From Psammoneis japonica (taxonomy: Eukaryota): 64,000 nucleotides of DNA. Position numbers and translations under genes: made by a program. How positions within the stretch are numbered: position 1 is the first letter of the stretch; each line of letters starts with the position of its first letter. Below are positions 63,492 through 64,000 of the stretch, one piece after another. The notes under the pieces are model-generated. The model worked only from the letters and a program-made list of their open reading frames with translations. It did no database searches and was not told where the DNA came from. Where the stretch lies: the NCBI GenBank assembly GCA_008632985.1, contig QPGO01000059.1:124001-188000 (forward strand). Reading direction: 5' to 3'.

Positions 63492-63986
63492 CTAAACCTT
63501 ATACCCAAACTCCTTCAACAAGTCTCTGCGATTCTGAATGTCTTGTTCCGTCTCAACACCCAAAGGAGTTTGTCCGTCAATAACTCCCATTATTCCTCTC
63601 CCAGATGGTGTCTCTGCTACCACAACCTCAAGCTTGTTAGCTGTTGCACAGAAAATGCGACACACCTCGGGTACCATCTTGAGCGTATTCAGGACATGAA
63701 TAGGAAACGTTGGCTCGCCCAAAAAGAGAATGAAAGAATGGCCGCAAGCAATGTTTTGAGCATTCTTCTTGGCAAGTTCAATCAGCGCATCATCCGTTCC
63801 GGTCCACCTGACCAATCGATCGCCTGACGCTTCGCAAAATCCCAGCCCAAACTTGATTCCAGGAACGGCGCCTACCAAAGCCTCGTGGATGTCGTCGACG
63901 GTTTTGATAAAGTGTGTCATTCCGAGAATGAGATTGACGTCGTCAGGTTTGTCAATCTCGACAACGGAGTTGGTGAATGACGTCAT
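63492..63986 (-). CDS. Adenosine-specific kinase family protein (DUF355)
   Basis: NLILGMTHFIKTVDD…KFGLGFCEASG.RLVR…GHSFILFL…VPEVCRIFCATAN…GRGIMGVIDG..PLGVE; 5' end may extend beyond the window. Confidence 0.9.
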   Translation of the reverse strand: MTSFTNSVVEIDKPDDVNLILGMTHFIKTVDDIHEALVGAVPGIKFGLGFCEASGDRLVRWTGTDDALIELAKKNAQNIACGHSFILFLGEPTFPIHVLNTLKMVPEVCRIFCATANKLEVVVAETPSGRGIMGVIDGQTPLGVETEQDIQNRRDLLKEFGYKV

Positions 63987-64000
63987 GGACAAACCTACAA

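Overview
Eukaryotic DNA, most likely a pennate diatom: short GT-AG introns, a bipartite plastid presequence (…AQAWVAP), diatom-type Cys and PT-repeat modules, and ~48% GC by eye. Ordinary host genes (LarC, M12-type metalloprotease, plastid RRM protein, fatty-acid desaturase, probable CENP-N, DUF355-like adenosine kinase and others) alternate with four large transposon-derived blocks (~1-6.8k, ~25.6-35.2k, ~40.6-50.3k, ~50.9-52.2k). These hold a decayed DDE transposase, an AcademH-like transposase-RecQ helicase element, fold-back elements and satellites. The standout signal is that TpA is almost erased in these blocks, converted to TpG/CpA. Tyr codons become Cys/His, and the few surviving TpAs sit mostly in YTAR contexts. 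This looks like a transposon-targeted A:T->G:C hypermutation (a 'reverse RIP'). It spares nested MITEs and fades into an adjacent host gene, which is itself an unusual F-box/cullin-N/Skp1 fusion. Several host genes carry single-base frameshifts, probably assembly indels. All counts and alignments were made by eye.
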